Shown here piece by piece: positions 49,327 to 61,600 of a stretch of 64,000 bases of DNA (position 1 is the stretch's first letter; each line of letters starts with the position of its first letter). This DNA is from Podarcis tiliguerta (Eukaryota), in the NCBI GenBank assembly GCA_965153285.1, contig OZ229129.1. The stretch is one strand, 5' to 3'. The position numbers and the translations under genes are program-made. Below the pieces are notes generated by a model. It had not been told where the DNA came from, made no database searches, and saw nothing but the letters and a program-made list of their open reading frames with translations.

Positions 49327-50679
49327 AGAGCAACCCATTGTGTGGTCACTTTTTTAGGAGCAGTCAGTTTGCAGGGAGGAGAGATCTTTTGGAGTCTAGT
49401 TCAACTAGGTGCTGTTGAAGCAACTCAGAATCGGGACCTCCTGTGTGGAGGGGGTGGACTGTGTGTGTGTTTTTGTGGGGGGGGGGAGAGGTCTTAATTG
49501 TTCCTGTGTGCCAAGGAGATGAAGGGAGGCGCCATTGAAGTAATGGGGAGTTTCTCCCTCCCTGGCCTCAACCAGCTAAAGAGAGGCATAGATTTTGCTG
49601 GTTTAAGAGAATTTGTTGGCGTTTCTCCGCATGCTGCCTGTGTTTTGGTGCATGTGGGTGGGGGGAAAGAGGAGGCATCACTGCCATGACATGACGGTTC
49701 CCGGAGGATCCTAAAATAGATCCATGGGCTTTGCTGCATTCTTGATGCAAAGGCGAGAGCCCAGGCAGGTGTCTCCTTTGCATGGAGGTCAACATCTCCC
49801 CTCCCCCCAAAATTTAGAAAGGGGGTGCCATAGAGGAATGCCTTTGGGAGTCCAACAGTTGAGAAGAGTTTCAGGAACTGGGGAGCCTGTCCGTATCCTG
49901 GGCTGCTGCAGTAGACGGCAGCCCCCAGCCCCTCTCCATTCCCTGCATCCAGCACTTTGAATGATGGTGGGGGGACGGACAGTTGCCTGGCCCTTCCTTG
50001 GCTCCTCAGCAGTTCCAATGTGCAGGGAAACTTGGAATAATTATGCGCAGAAGTTGCTGCATTTCTGAAGCGTCCACCCATCTCTCTCTCCCCCCTCCTT
50101 TCTCCCAAGTTTCCAGCTGTGTCAGCTTTTTCAGGAGCATGCGCTGCCTGCCCTGATAGTGCCTGGTTTGGAAATCCCATCCCAATACCTTGTTTGGGGG
50201 ATCATACCTTTTGTGGCGTGTGTACCCCCACCCCCGAAAAAGGGAAAAATCTTGCAGCAGCAGCAGCCTGCATTCAGGTTGGTGGAGTCAATGGAGGCAG
50301 TTCTCAACGCCCACCCCCACCCCAGCTGGAATGGGTAGCCATCTTTGCCTGTGTTTCTCTTGCCCTGGACTGGATGTGTTGCACTGGTGGTACACTGAGG
50401 GCTCTGTGGGTGGGGTGTAGTTTTTTTGAACTCTGTTATATTGAGTTTCTTCCTCCCCTTGTTAGGAATGCTCTTCACAGGAGGGGGATTTTCCAAACAC
50501 TGGCAGAATCCCTCTCCCTGGTACTTCCTGATTCTTGTGTTTCTGCCAGATATCCTCTCTCTTCCTTTCTCTTTTTCACGTGCCTGTTTCCTCTCCTCCC
50601 ACCCACTCCCCTGCCCCGCCTACAGATGTGCCCTCTCTCAGAAGCCCTGGCCTTGAGTGCGTGAAGCAGTCGCTGAGCC

Positions 50680-51517
50680 ATGTCGCAGATGCTGCACATA
50701 GAAATCCCCAACTTTGGGAGCACCGTCCTGGGCTCCCTGAATGAGCAGCGCCTCCTGGGTCTCTACTGCGATGTCTCCATCCTGGTCAAGGGCCAGGCCT
50801 TCAAGGCTCACCGGGCTGTCTTGGCAGCCAGCAGCCTCTACTTCCGAGACCTCTTCAGTGGCAACAGCAAGAGCGCCTTCGAGCTGCCGGGCTCCGTGCC
50901 GCCCGCCTGCTTCCAGCAGATCCTCTCCTTCTGCTACACCGGCAAGCTGACCATGGCTGCCAGCGAGCAGCTGGTGGTGATGTACACAGCAGGCTTCCTC
51001 CAGATCCAGCACATCGTGGAGAAGGGGACAGACCTGATGTTCAAAGTGAGCTCCCCTCACTGCGACTCCCAGACGGCCATGACGGAGGAGCCCTGCTCGG
51101 GGCCCCAGAGCCCCTGCCACCCCCTGCAGCCGCCCTCCCTGCCCTATGCTGTGTCGCCTTCCGTGCCCCTTCCACTGCTCACCCGCGTCAAGCATGAGAC
51201 ATTGGAGCCTGCGAAGCGGTCCTTGGAGTGCAGCCTGCGGGAGGTGGCCGGGGGCAGCGCCTCTGCCAGCGCCCCGCTGAAATTGTCGCGCGTCTCCTAC
51301 TACGGGGTGCCCAGCCTTGCCACCCTCCTCCCCAGCATCCCGCTGGCTCAGTACTGCCAGGGGGAGCGGACGAGCCCTGGGGCCAACAGCCTCCCCACCA
51401 CCGACAGTCCCACCTCCTACCACAACGAGGAAGATGAGGACGATGATGAAGCCTATGACACCATGGCAGAGGAGCAGTACGGGCAGATGCACATCAAGTC
51501 CACAGGCGGCTATGCAG
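50680..51517 (+). CDS. NACC2: NACC2 coding exon 1 (BTB/POZ domain); exon starts at ~50626
   Basis: gccATG; [59 protein letters not shown]...[23 protein letters not shown]. Acceptor tacag at 50625; phase-1 donor GCAG|gtaaag. Confidence 0.96.
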
Positions 51518-51649
51518 GTAAAAGCCCCCTTTAGCCTCCTCCACTTTCATTTTCATGGGACCGTAAAAGGAGAGGCATCTGCAGTCAGGCAGGTGTTCAT
51601 TTCCCTGCATTTTAGAAAAGTAGTTCAGTAGGTGGAGTGTCTGATTTGC

Positions 51650-51775
51650 AAGCAGTTGTTTTGATCCCCAGTTGGCATCTCCAGATAGGGCTGGTAGTAA
51701 ATCCCCTGCTGGAAACCCTGCACAGCCATCACTGCCAGTCAGTGTTGGTAATACCGAGCTGGGCAGATTGATGTC
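51650..51775 (+). mobile_element. Squam3-like SINE (degenerate)
   Basis: ggcatctccagatagggctgg...ggaaaccctgcacagccatcactgccagtcagtgttggtaataccgagct. Confidence 0.5.
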
Positions 51776-53614
51776 CTCACTTGGAATAAGGAAGCTTCGC
51801 ACTGATTTAAGACTTGAAAACTTGAATGGGAACAGTGCTGAATGCAGCTTATTTCCATTTTGGGGTGAGGTCTTTTATTTCCTTCCCTCCTGCCAGATAT
51901 AGGTCTCCAGACTCTGTGAATTTGCTGACAGGGAAGGCATTTCTTAGTAAGGAGTAGTTCATTTTTCAATAAGATGTTTTCTGGTGGGAGGGACTGGATC
52001 TCTACATGTGAATCTGCCGAAGGTGCCATTGTTGTCCCTTTGGTTCTTTGCGGAAAGTAATAAGCTCTTAATTTCTGCAAGCTTATTGATGGTGTCTATT
52101 TCCTTATTTGGGGTGTGTGTGTGTCTGCATGTTCAGAGTTTCCTCCTCATTTAATGAAACTGGCAATGCAGCATTACTCTATGGATCAGTTTCCTTGATG
52201 CCGACAGATTTTAAGGGTTGCATATTGAGCATAGCAAGATTGTTGAGCTCTTTCTCTTGGTCCATTTTCTGTAGCTTAAGGAGCCTGGAAGCCCAGCCCA
52301 GGCAGATGTCTCCTCTCCTTCCCAGGAGAAAGAGGCAAGATGCCTTCAGGCAGGATTGGGAATGAGGTGCTGGCTTTGGAGCTGTGTTGAGGTGCTGTGT
52401 TCTAAAACCAAAGAAGGGGTGACAGTGTGACTCTACAGTCCAGGCCACTGTGGGTCAGTGTGGTACTCTTGGGGTCATGAAAGAGCTTGTAGGGCAAGAG
52501 ACACTTTATGGCCAGCCTGGATGCCCCCCGCTGACCCACTGGAGAGACACATTTCTAGCCAAGCCAGCAGGATTTTATAGCCAGAGCCCAGCTAGGTTCT
52601 ATGTCCATTGATCAGCTAAATTTTGTGGGTGGCTGACAGGATGCTTGGCTGGCAGCATCTCATGTGCCCAAAGTATGTTAGCTCGGGGGTAGGGGGACCT
52701 CACTTTGCAGGTGTTTGAAAAAGCTGGGAGTGTCCAAAATGTCAATATTCTAATTTGACCAGGCTAAAACTTTCCCTGCCTGTACAGATAGTTTTGGTGC
52801 TGAGGAGCAGGTGACTCTCCAGGGTCATCTTGTCCAAAGGTGGACCTCCTTTCCCAGGGAGAAACTGAAATCCATCCTTCAAAGCTCACTCAAAACTTAA
52901 AACCCTGAGAGAGTGAAGCCAATCTGGTTCAATCAGAGACAGTGATTCCTTGATGTGAGTCGTATGCCAGGGAAACAACAGCCCACCAGGAGCACCTGGA
53001 GCACCTAGTCCAGCCCCCCAACAGGTAGCTCAGCGGGAAGGAACCTGTGGGCAAGACCTGCTGCCAGCAGCAGCAGCTCTCCCCACTAGCAGTTCCCAGC
53101 CACTGGCATTCAGAGGCCTACATATTACGCACTTCTTTAAAACATTGATCAGCCAGCCATCTTAAAGTTTATTTTGTGTGGTGTTACTTATTTGTTTATT
53201 TCGTAACTTTTATATACCGCTTGATTGTCAGAAAAATCCTCAAAGCGGTTTACATAAAGTTTTGCTAGTGTTTTGTGTTCCGTTGCGTGCCATGCACCAC
53301 CCTATCAGTCCCTTAGGAAATGGCGTCATAAATATTTTTACTTATAAATTCTGCCTTCGAGAGTGGAGGTAGAACATAACCAGTGTGGCCTGGCTGTAAC
53401 CATTGGGCCTACTTCCCCAACCCTCTTGTCAGGATCTATTCACATTTCCCGCTGTTGCCTCTGCAGAGCAGGGGTCATTTGCCGTGGCTGCTTCTGCTTG
53501 GCTTCTTGGCCCAAGAGAAAGCGGGGTTCCTGCAGCCTCAGCCATTTGGGATACCCCGGGGTTTTCCCTTACAATCCTGGGTAGCTCTTTCATGCCTCCC
53601 TCCTTCTCCCCAAG

Positions 53615-53782
53615 GGCCTCAAGAGAAGCCGGAGCCGGTGCCCCTGGAGAGCCGCTCTTGTGTCCTCATCAGGCGGGACTTGGTCGCCCTCCCTGCCAGC
53701 CTTATCAGCCAGATTGGGTATCGCTGCCACCCAAAACTCTACTCAGAAGGAGATCCTGGAGAAAAACTTGAACTCGTGGCAG
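53615..53782 (+). CDS. NACC2: NACC2 coding exon 2
   Basis: cccaag|GGCCT; (G)[55 protein letters not shown]; GCAG|gtaagg; 168 nt, phase 1-1. Confidence 0.93.
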
Positions 53783-54727
53783 GTAAGGACCCACAGGGGC
53801 AGGTTTTCCTTTGTGCTTATGGACTTGTTGCAGCAACATGGCTTAAAAATTGTAAAAATGGTAGAGCTCTTGCAATTATTTGTTTCATTAACAAGGGCTC
53901 TTTTAATTTCTGCATGATTTGGTGGGTTTTTTTAATTAAAAAATAAAAATAAAATAAATTTAGAAAAGATAAATTGCAGTGAACCAAAATGTAGAAAATT
54001 TTGCTTATAAAATTAATCTGACCTAAATTTATTTTGTTTATAAAATTACTTTGTTATTTATGGTAATATTGTAAATGTGATATCTATTTAAGTAGAGTCT
54101 CCCCCCCCCCTTTCTTGTCTTTCACTTCTGAGAACAAATCTAACTTCCTTGGATTCTTATTTCATTTACTTTACATTGTATCTGTGAAAGCTGTGATGTG
54201 GTCTTACATTTTTCTAAGCTTTGTTTATGAAATGGACTGGCCACCTTGGTGTCCACCTTCCCTGAGCAACTTCTTAGTATTTAGGTGTGAAGGGAGTTTT
54301 AGATAAGAGACCCCAAAGAGCTAATCCAGAGCATTTCCCCCTTGTCAGGCCTTCAGTGGGGGGAAGAAAGGTTGCCTCCCTGAGAGAGCATGTGCTAGAG
54401 GTGGGCAGGGCCAGGGCGCCCTCACCTGGCAGGAAGAGAATGTGCCTTTACTGCTGGCCATTCCAGTAAAGAGTGAAAAGGCTGGATCTTTTGCTGGGGG
54501 TGGTGATCTTGAGGGATCTGAGGACCCTCCCTTGGGTTGCCACGCTCAGGTCGCAGACAACTCCTTTTCCTGCTGCCCAGGTCACTTCTCTGGGGTATGT
54601 CAAAAGTCTTTGATGCTTCAAGATGATTTGAGTCAGTATTAACTGCTTGCATGTTTGTGTCCTGTTGTACACCTTGCAGAGCAGAGCTGGGGGTGTAACT
54701 TCTGGACCTCTTACTTGCTCTCTCCTG

Positions 54728-54791
54728 CATTGCTGGAACTTGGACATGATGACCCTTGGGGTCCCTTTCAACTCTACAATTTTATGATTCT
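54728..54791 (+). mobile_element. CR1 3'-tail fragment abutting a NACC2 acceptor
   Basis: ttggacatgatgacccttggggtccctttcaactctacaattttatgattct; related pieces near 28.25, 32.6, 35.45, 35.98 and 56.5 kb. Confidence 0.65.
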
Positions 54792-54807
54792 CTCTCTCTC
54801 CACCCAG

Positions 54808-54913
54808 GCTCCGGTGTTTACATCACTCGGGGGCAGCTGATGAACTGCCACCTGTGTGCAGGTGTGAAGCACAAAGTTCTCCTGCGGCGCCTGCTGGCCA
54901 CGTTCTTTGACAG
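54808..54913 (+). CDS. NACC2: NACC2 coding exon 3 (BEN domain start)
   Basis: cacccag|GC; [36 protein letters not shown]; AG|gtagga; 106 nt. Not in the ORF track. Confidence 0.95.
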
Positions 54914-56335
54914 GTAGGACACAAAGGAAGGGCCCGTCCTCCTAGCTCCTCTTCACCCAGCCAGCTTCTGAGCTGCTGCCAGGGAGCCAAGTTTGGAGGG
55001 AGCAGGAGCTTTAAGTGATGGAAGGGAGGGAAATTACCCATCACATTTTGCTTAATGGGAATTAAAAGTATTTTTAATTTGTCTGTCAATGGAGGCCACA
55101 TGTTTCCTAGCAGAAAACATAAATATGAGGATGTGGGATTGTGTCCAGTGTTAGTCCTGTTCAGAGTAGACCCACTAAAGTTAGCAGACATGACTAGCTT
55201 AAGTTTGTTCATTTCAGCAGGCCTACTCTGGTTAGAGCCCTTCATGTCTGTCTTTACCAATTATCAGAAATGGCTAAACCCTGCCCTGGGGACACTACAC
55301 TGCAACACAAAGGGAAACCAGATTAAATTAACAACCATGCTGGGTGGAATTTGTGTGTGTGTGTAGATCCTGTGCATTTGCACATGTAAGATCTGAGGTG
55401 GCTGTACTCAGCGCTGGCATGAAACCTTCAGGAGGTTGGCTAGAGGGGGAAAACAGCCCTCGGGCAGAGAATGTTTTAGCTCCCGCTGGGAGCGGGGAGA
55501 TCTGGGACCATCAGCATATGGATCCGCAGGTCGAGGGCAGACAGACCACTTTCATTTTGCTGTTCTTTGAAGGAGGTGCAGTGTACACAAATGCTCGTAG
55601 GTATAATAAGACATCACAGAGCCTAAACTGCATGTCAATACATTTGGAAATACACATGGTAACAGATTTTGTCCCTTATCCTAGAATCGCAGAATGAGAT
55701 GCAGACGATTTTTCAAATAACTGGTGTGAGCATAAATATGTATGTTTAATAATTCCTTTAAATGGGCTGACGAGTCTACTGGCAAGTGAAAATTCTCTTG
55801 CCTCTTCTTAGCAACTAGTATTTGCACCATCTACAAAGAAATAGCTTCCAGAAGTTCTTGACAGTGCATGTCTCTGTAGGTCTATAGATTTGGTTAGTCA
55901 AAGAAATGGACATGTAGGTTGATGTCTCCGTTGTGCTTTTCTCCCCCCTGAAAAGCTGAAACTTTGGGGGGGGGGGTTATCCAGTGTAAGTAATTTGGAA
56001 TTGTGTTCAGTATTTATAATACTATGAAATACTTTTTAAAAAAATTGTTCTTTGGCCATGGTGAAGATTCCTTAATTTCTGCTGATTTGCAGAGTGAGCC
56101 TCAACAAGCCACAATTGATTGGTTTGTATTATCTCCTGTATGAGTTTTTTTTTGGGGGGGGTGTACCTCTTTGGGCTTCTGCTTCTCCCTCTCTTCTCCC
56201 CCCACCCATTCCTCCATGGAAGCTCCTTCAAAGTCTGCTGCCTGAAATGGGCTCTTTCCCATGCTTTGGATCCCAGCTGTGGGTTTTCTTTGAATGTGCT
56301 CTTGAGATTCTGCTTCCCACTCCTTCCCGGGACAG

Positions 56336-56433
56336 GAACACACTGGCCAACAGCTGCGGAACTGGGATCCGGTCTTCCACAAGTGATCCCAGCAGGAAGC
56401 CACTGGACAGCCGGGTCCTTAATGCTGTGAAAC
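56336..56433 (+). CDS. NACC2: NACC2 coding exon 4 (BEN domain)
   Basis: gacag|GAAC; [32 protein letters not shown]; AAAC|gtaagt; 98 nt. Confidence 0.95.
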
Positions 56434-56923
56434 GTAAGTGTGGAGAGGAAGAGGAGAAGGAGCCTCTGACGGGGAGCTATTCAGTTTATTTTACATCTTC
56501 CTTTAGTTGTGACTCCTGCCTTGCAGGAGGTTGGACTAGAAGACCTATGGGTCCTCTACAATACTATAATCTCCAATTATAGTTTAAGAGACTCTTGCTC
56601 TACCAACTGAGCTACTCTATTATTCTAAGGGGTCTGGATTCAAATGCTCCTTCTAAAAAGACACCAAAGCTTTAAACTCCTGCGTTTTGGCGTCAGAACC
56701 CTGTTTACTGCCTTTTTGAAAAACCTTTTTTAAAAATAATTTTATTGGGTTACAAAGGTACATACATTATCTCTGTTTTCAGATCATAAAGTCCTTTCTA
56801 CAGGGCAGTTCTATTCAATGTGAGACAGTAATGTTGTAGACAGTATAAGGTTGGGGGAGAAGAGAGGGGGAAATGTTTACTGCTGTGTGCTGACAAAGTT
56901 TGTTTTTAAGTCAGGGCATGAGA

Positions 56924-56973
56924 GGGAAGATCTTTGAGTCATGGGAAGATCTTTGAGAGGGAAGATCTTTGAG
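56924..56973. repeat. Three copies of gggaagatctttgag
   Basis: Copies at 56924, 56943 and 56959. Confidence 0.8.
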
Positions 56974-58121
56974 TCTGTGGCCACAGCAGATTTTCTCTCT
57001 ACTAAGCTATTTTGTGGCAGCCCCAATTGGTTGAGCTCCTCCTGTTTCATGAAATGCTCATTGCCTCATGACAGCAATGTGGAAAGAAGCCCCAAACAGG
57101 GGACCCTCCTTAGAATGTTGTCCCTGGTTGAAAGGGCAGGCAGAAGGGGTGTCAGGGAATTTGGACACTGGCGGAGCCAGGCCAAGCCATGTTGGTTGAA
57201 AAAAGACTGCTGAGAGGTCATGAGCCAGAAGGGGCCAATCGGAAAGTCACTTGGGAGGGCGGTGCTGGGAGGGAGAAATTTGCACTTCAGCTGTATCCTC
57301 AAGGCAACTTGCAAGAATTAAAAAGTTACACTAGCAAATTAAAATGCAGCAGCATAAATCTGATTAGGACAAATGAGACCAGATGCATGCAGAGCCAAAG
57401 CAGAGGGTATGCTCTAAAGAGTGTGTGCAGTTTTGCTTCGGAAGGTGAGGAGCCTGCCTGGGCTTCTTTAAAAAGAAGGGGAAATTCTGCCAAATGAAAC
57501 TTCTACCACTACAGGATTATGTCCTTCTGTGCAGCTCTTGAAGGACTTGGAGGCTCTCTGCTGAGTAGTTATCTGGAGATGCTGCGTATCTGCCTCCCAG
57601 ATGACATCTGCTACTCGTCTGTCATTTATTTCAACCCAACACTCTCTCAAGGTCTGGACTTGGGAAATCGAGGCCTGAAAAGCAGTGTAGGGTTAGGGTT
57701 CATGACTCTGGCAGCTGCATGACTGGGAGAATTGGCTCTGAGAGGGGGATGAGGAGAGGGAGGCCTTGAGTTGAGCAATGCCAGAGAGGCTCTCAATAAG
57801 TACAAGTTTTGTCATCCGCAGAGGCTGGGTCTGGTCTTCTCTGTGCTTGCTTGCTAGTTTCCTACCAGCCGGGTGAGGTGTGATTCAAGCTGTTGAATGC
57901 AAATCTGGAAGCATTCAATCTTTCTTTCTTAAAATAGTGAATAATTCACATTCTACTATGGGACCTTCCAGCACTGTCTCCTTATCTATGCTGGATGTTA
58001 CGAATCTTGTAAAGTTGCCTTTATGCAATCTGTAATTTTATGGCCATTGTTCCTGATGCTGGGGGGAAAAATGTTTAAACTCTGCCTCTGTTGTAGCTAA
58101 AACACCCCCTTGTCTTTGCAG

Positions 58122-58636
58122 TGTATTGCCAGAATTTTGCCCCAAGTTTCAAGGAGAGCGAGATGAACGTCATCGCAGCCGACATGTGCACTAATGCCCG
58201 CCGGGTGCGGAAGCGGTGGCTGCCGAAGATCAAATCCATGTTGCCGGAGGGTATGGAGATGTATCGCTCCGTCATGGGCTCCACTACCAGCAGTATCTCC
58301 CTGGACCCTGAATTCCAGCCTTCCGCTGCTCAGATGTTCGAACAGCGGATCTATGCGGAGCGGAGGGGGGATTCTGGAACCATTGTGGCACTGAGAACTA
58401 ACACGGTCACTGTGGATCAGAGCAACAGATCCAGCCAGCTGTTTGAGCCGAATGAGCAGGGGGAAGGCGCCAGTTCTGTCATCCAGGAGTCTACTGGCCC
58501 AGAAGCAATGGCTTTGGAGAGCCACAGCACCACACCGCCTTTCGAACAGGGCCCATCTGGGTCCACTAGCCGGCCGGAGACTCCGGCAAGACGACCGGAA
58601 GGCCCCTACGGAGGAGGAGGAGGAGGGACTTTGTGA
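58122..58636 (+). CDS. NACC2: NACC2 last coding exon (end of BEN domain + C-terminal tail); joined CDS 1725 nt = 574 aa
   Basis: ttgcag|TG; [44 protein letters not shown]...[12 protein letters not shown]...GTL-stop; phases are consistent across all five exons. Confidence 0.95.
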
Positions 58637-61600
58637 AAGAGCCAGGATCATGCTAGGCTTGACCAACGAGGGATCTCTAATACTAAAGCTGCTTGCATGC
58701 ATTATTAATACAGAAAAAAGAGAAATGTGATCAAACCATTTACCTACTGAACTGCTACTGTTGCCTGAGAAAAATGTGATTTTTATTCTGCTTGTGTTTA
58801 AGATGGATGAAGGAAATATCACATTCGTTATACTGTAAGCAACTCTAGGCCTAAGGCAACCTACTTACGGAAAACGGAAATGAAACAAACCCCAGGCTCC
58901 TTTAAAATCAAAAATCCCGAGGTTTGTCTAGAAGGCAGTAGGATTTTGTTTCAAAAGAGCTAAGCGATATTCCTCTCCCCCATTCATCCTCCTCCTCCTC
59001 CACCACCATCCTCAGCCCTCCTCTTCCTCTTCCTCCTCCTTGTGACGGGGCATGTACAGAGAGGGGAGGGGGCAAGGAGCTGATGGAGGATGAGGAGGAG
59101 GCCTTGCTGGGGTTGGCTGCTGTAGGGTGAGGTTTTGGTTTGGTTGCTGCACAATTCCATTGCTTGGACCTTTTGTTTGACTTATGGACAGGGAAGATTT
59201 TTTTTTTTCAGGCACAATCCACTAGGAATATATCCTGTGCAGGTACTGTTGGGATGAAGGGACATTTTTGCCTGGAAACTCCACCGGTGGCCACTGCTCA
59301 GGATATTTGCTGGATGGAAAGCCTTAATTGCCCATTTTCTTCCCTTGATGGTGGCCCCTGCCTGGTAGTGGCACCAGGGCACCACACTTTCCTTTGTGTC
59401 CCCCTCAGGCAATGGCTTCCCCCAGAGTTTCTTTGTTTTTGTTTTTTGTTTTTTTTGTTTTGGAAGGTGAGCGCAGTGCTCTTTCTGGCACAGCAACACC
59501 CTTCGGCTTCTGAAATTATTTGAATCAGGTTGGGCACATGACACCATTTGTGGGTGTCATGGATTTCGTCCTGAGGAGTATTATGTTTGTGTGGGTGTGT
59601 GGCTGCACAAAACATTCCAGAATGACTCCCATGATACTATTTGGCCTGCTGTTAGATACAGGGGCATCTTTGAGCTTCATTTTGTTTAATGCTGAAATTT
59701 TGCTGGCAGAGATGGTGAAAGGCAAAAGCTTCTTGGGCTGGGCAGAAGTGCCCCCCAGGGGGCTAATACTGAGGGCCTCACTCTATCCTGATGCATCTCA
59801 TGGGACCGGGAAGGGAGGTTATTGTTAGCATTGAGTGGTGTGTTGATGGAGGTGGAATATGGTAAGGCTCTACTGGGCCAGAGTGTGGGCTGCAGTTGCT
59901 GTTCTTGGCATTTCTGAAGGCATTTCTGAAGGAGCAGACAGGGAAGAGAAAAGAGATCAGAGGGAGAGGTGAGAAGGGAGTCACTAACTTGAGAGTTTTG
60001 TGGCACACTTGGCCAGAATGGATGTCTTTGGTGGCTGTCCAACCCTACCCCAAACCCTATTGTTCCTTTTTAGGATCTGTGTTTTCCTATTTGATCCCAC
60101 TCTTTTTTTTTCTTCTTCTTTTTTTTTTGAGAAGTCTCATGTAAAATAGGCAGAACAAGTTTTTCAGTTCTGATGGCTTGAGCTGCTTTTGTCTGGTAGG
60201 GTGTTTCTTAGAGAGGTACAGCTCAACTTTCACATCTGAAAGGTGTTGGGTGCAGAGCGAACTTTGGCCAAAGGAGAACCAGCATGTGTGCAAGAGACAG
60301 AGCAGGTTGGGGTGGTATCTGGGCTGGGGAAGCAGGCAGGCAGCCTAGCTTGCTTTTTGGGTGGTTGTGTGTCAGGGGGAGAGCAGCCTCATTTTTTGCT
60401 GCACTCAGCACCTCCCCCTAATATATGTCAGACAGGCGTGGCAGAGGAGAGAGTAGGGGGAAGCCACCATGGCCTGACTGGGCTATTTCATAAATGGAAG
60501 GGCAAAGAGGCCCCTTCTCTGGTCTCTGGTTGGATGGCCGTTGCAGGGGGTTGCCTAGATTACCCTTGGGGGTCCCTTTCCTCTCCACAGTTCTATAAGG
60601 GAAAGGTGCTTTTGCTCTGGGTTCTGCCTCTTTTCCAACTCCAAAATGGGTCCTCGGCAGCCATCCCCTTAGCCGTTCGGTTTATCCCAAGATTCAGTCA
60701 CCTTGATTGAAACACAGGAGCTACTGAAAGGCCCCCACCTGGTATGTGAGAGGAGATGCTTCACCATGAAGGGTGTGCTGCTTAGGAATCTCTCGCCTTT
60801 CCTAGCCCAAACCCTTCTTGATGTAAGGGTTTGTCTCTGCTTTTCTAGGCAGGATCCCTGTGTGGGTTTCTGGGAAGGGACCACAAAGAGCAGGCTCTTG
60901 AGGGGGGAGGGGAGACAGACTGAGTTTGGGGGGATTTTTCAGGTGCAGAAAGCTCAGGACAGTGGGAGCTTCTGAGAGCTCTGCAATGGGTACTTTCTGA
61001 GCTCCAGGTGAGGCTCTGTGCTGGAGCCAATGGCATGAGGTGTTGCGGGGTATACTCTCTTCCTGGGGGTTCCTCCCTTTGCCATGTGACCATGGAGGCT
61101 TTGGAGGGAGTCCTTGCCTTTGGCCAATATTTGAAACTTCATTCTGGGCCCTGAATAAAAAAACTGTGGTCCCTGATCTGTACCAGTGCCACCCCACAAA
61201 GGTTTAAAACCAGCTGAGCACTGGTGAAGTGGATGGGTGAGGCCTTGAGGAGGGGAAGGAGAAGCACCAGGAGGCTGAGCCAACTGTCTCCAGGCTTTTT
61301 CTGGTCTGGGATGCCTCTGTAGCTGCAGCTCAATCAGGCCAGTGGCCTATATAGTCCATCCTAACCTCAGTGCTCAACCAGTTGCCTTTTAGAGGAAACT
61401 CGCAAGCACTGCCTGAGTACAAGAGCAGCCCTTTCCCCTCATCCAGTTTCAAGCAACTAGTAGTTGGCCTGGTACTCCCACGGGTCCTTGGTACCCTTGC
61501 CCTGTGTGCCATAGGGAAGGGAAGGCAAGGCAAGGCTTTATCCGTGATCTGGCATGAAGCCCTGGCAGTTGACTCCACACCTTCAAGGGCCTAATTCTGC

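Noticed and set aside
50638-51492. 284-aa antisense ORF over the NACC2 BTB exon, and 58097-58822 over the last exon
   Set aside because: Antisense shadow produced by GC3-rich codon usage.
56924-56973. CRISPR-like or functional repeat array
   Set aside because: Three 15-mers with 1-4 nt spacers in a vertebrate intron; a simple slippage duplication.
50680-58636. Calling the gene NACC1 or a ZBTB
   Set aside because: The N-terminus [13 protein letters not shown], the BEN exons, the absence of zinc fingers and the TMEM250 neighbourhood all point to NACC2.
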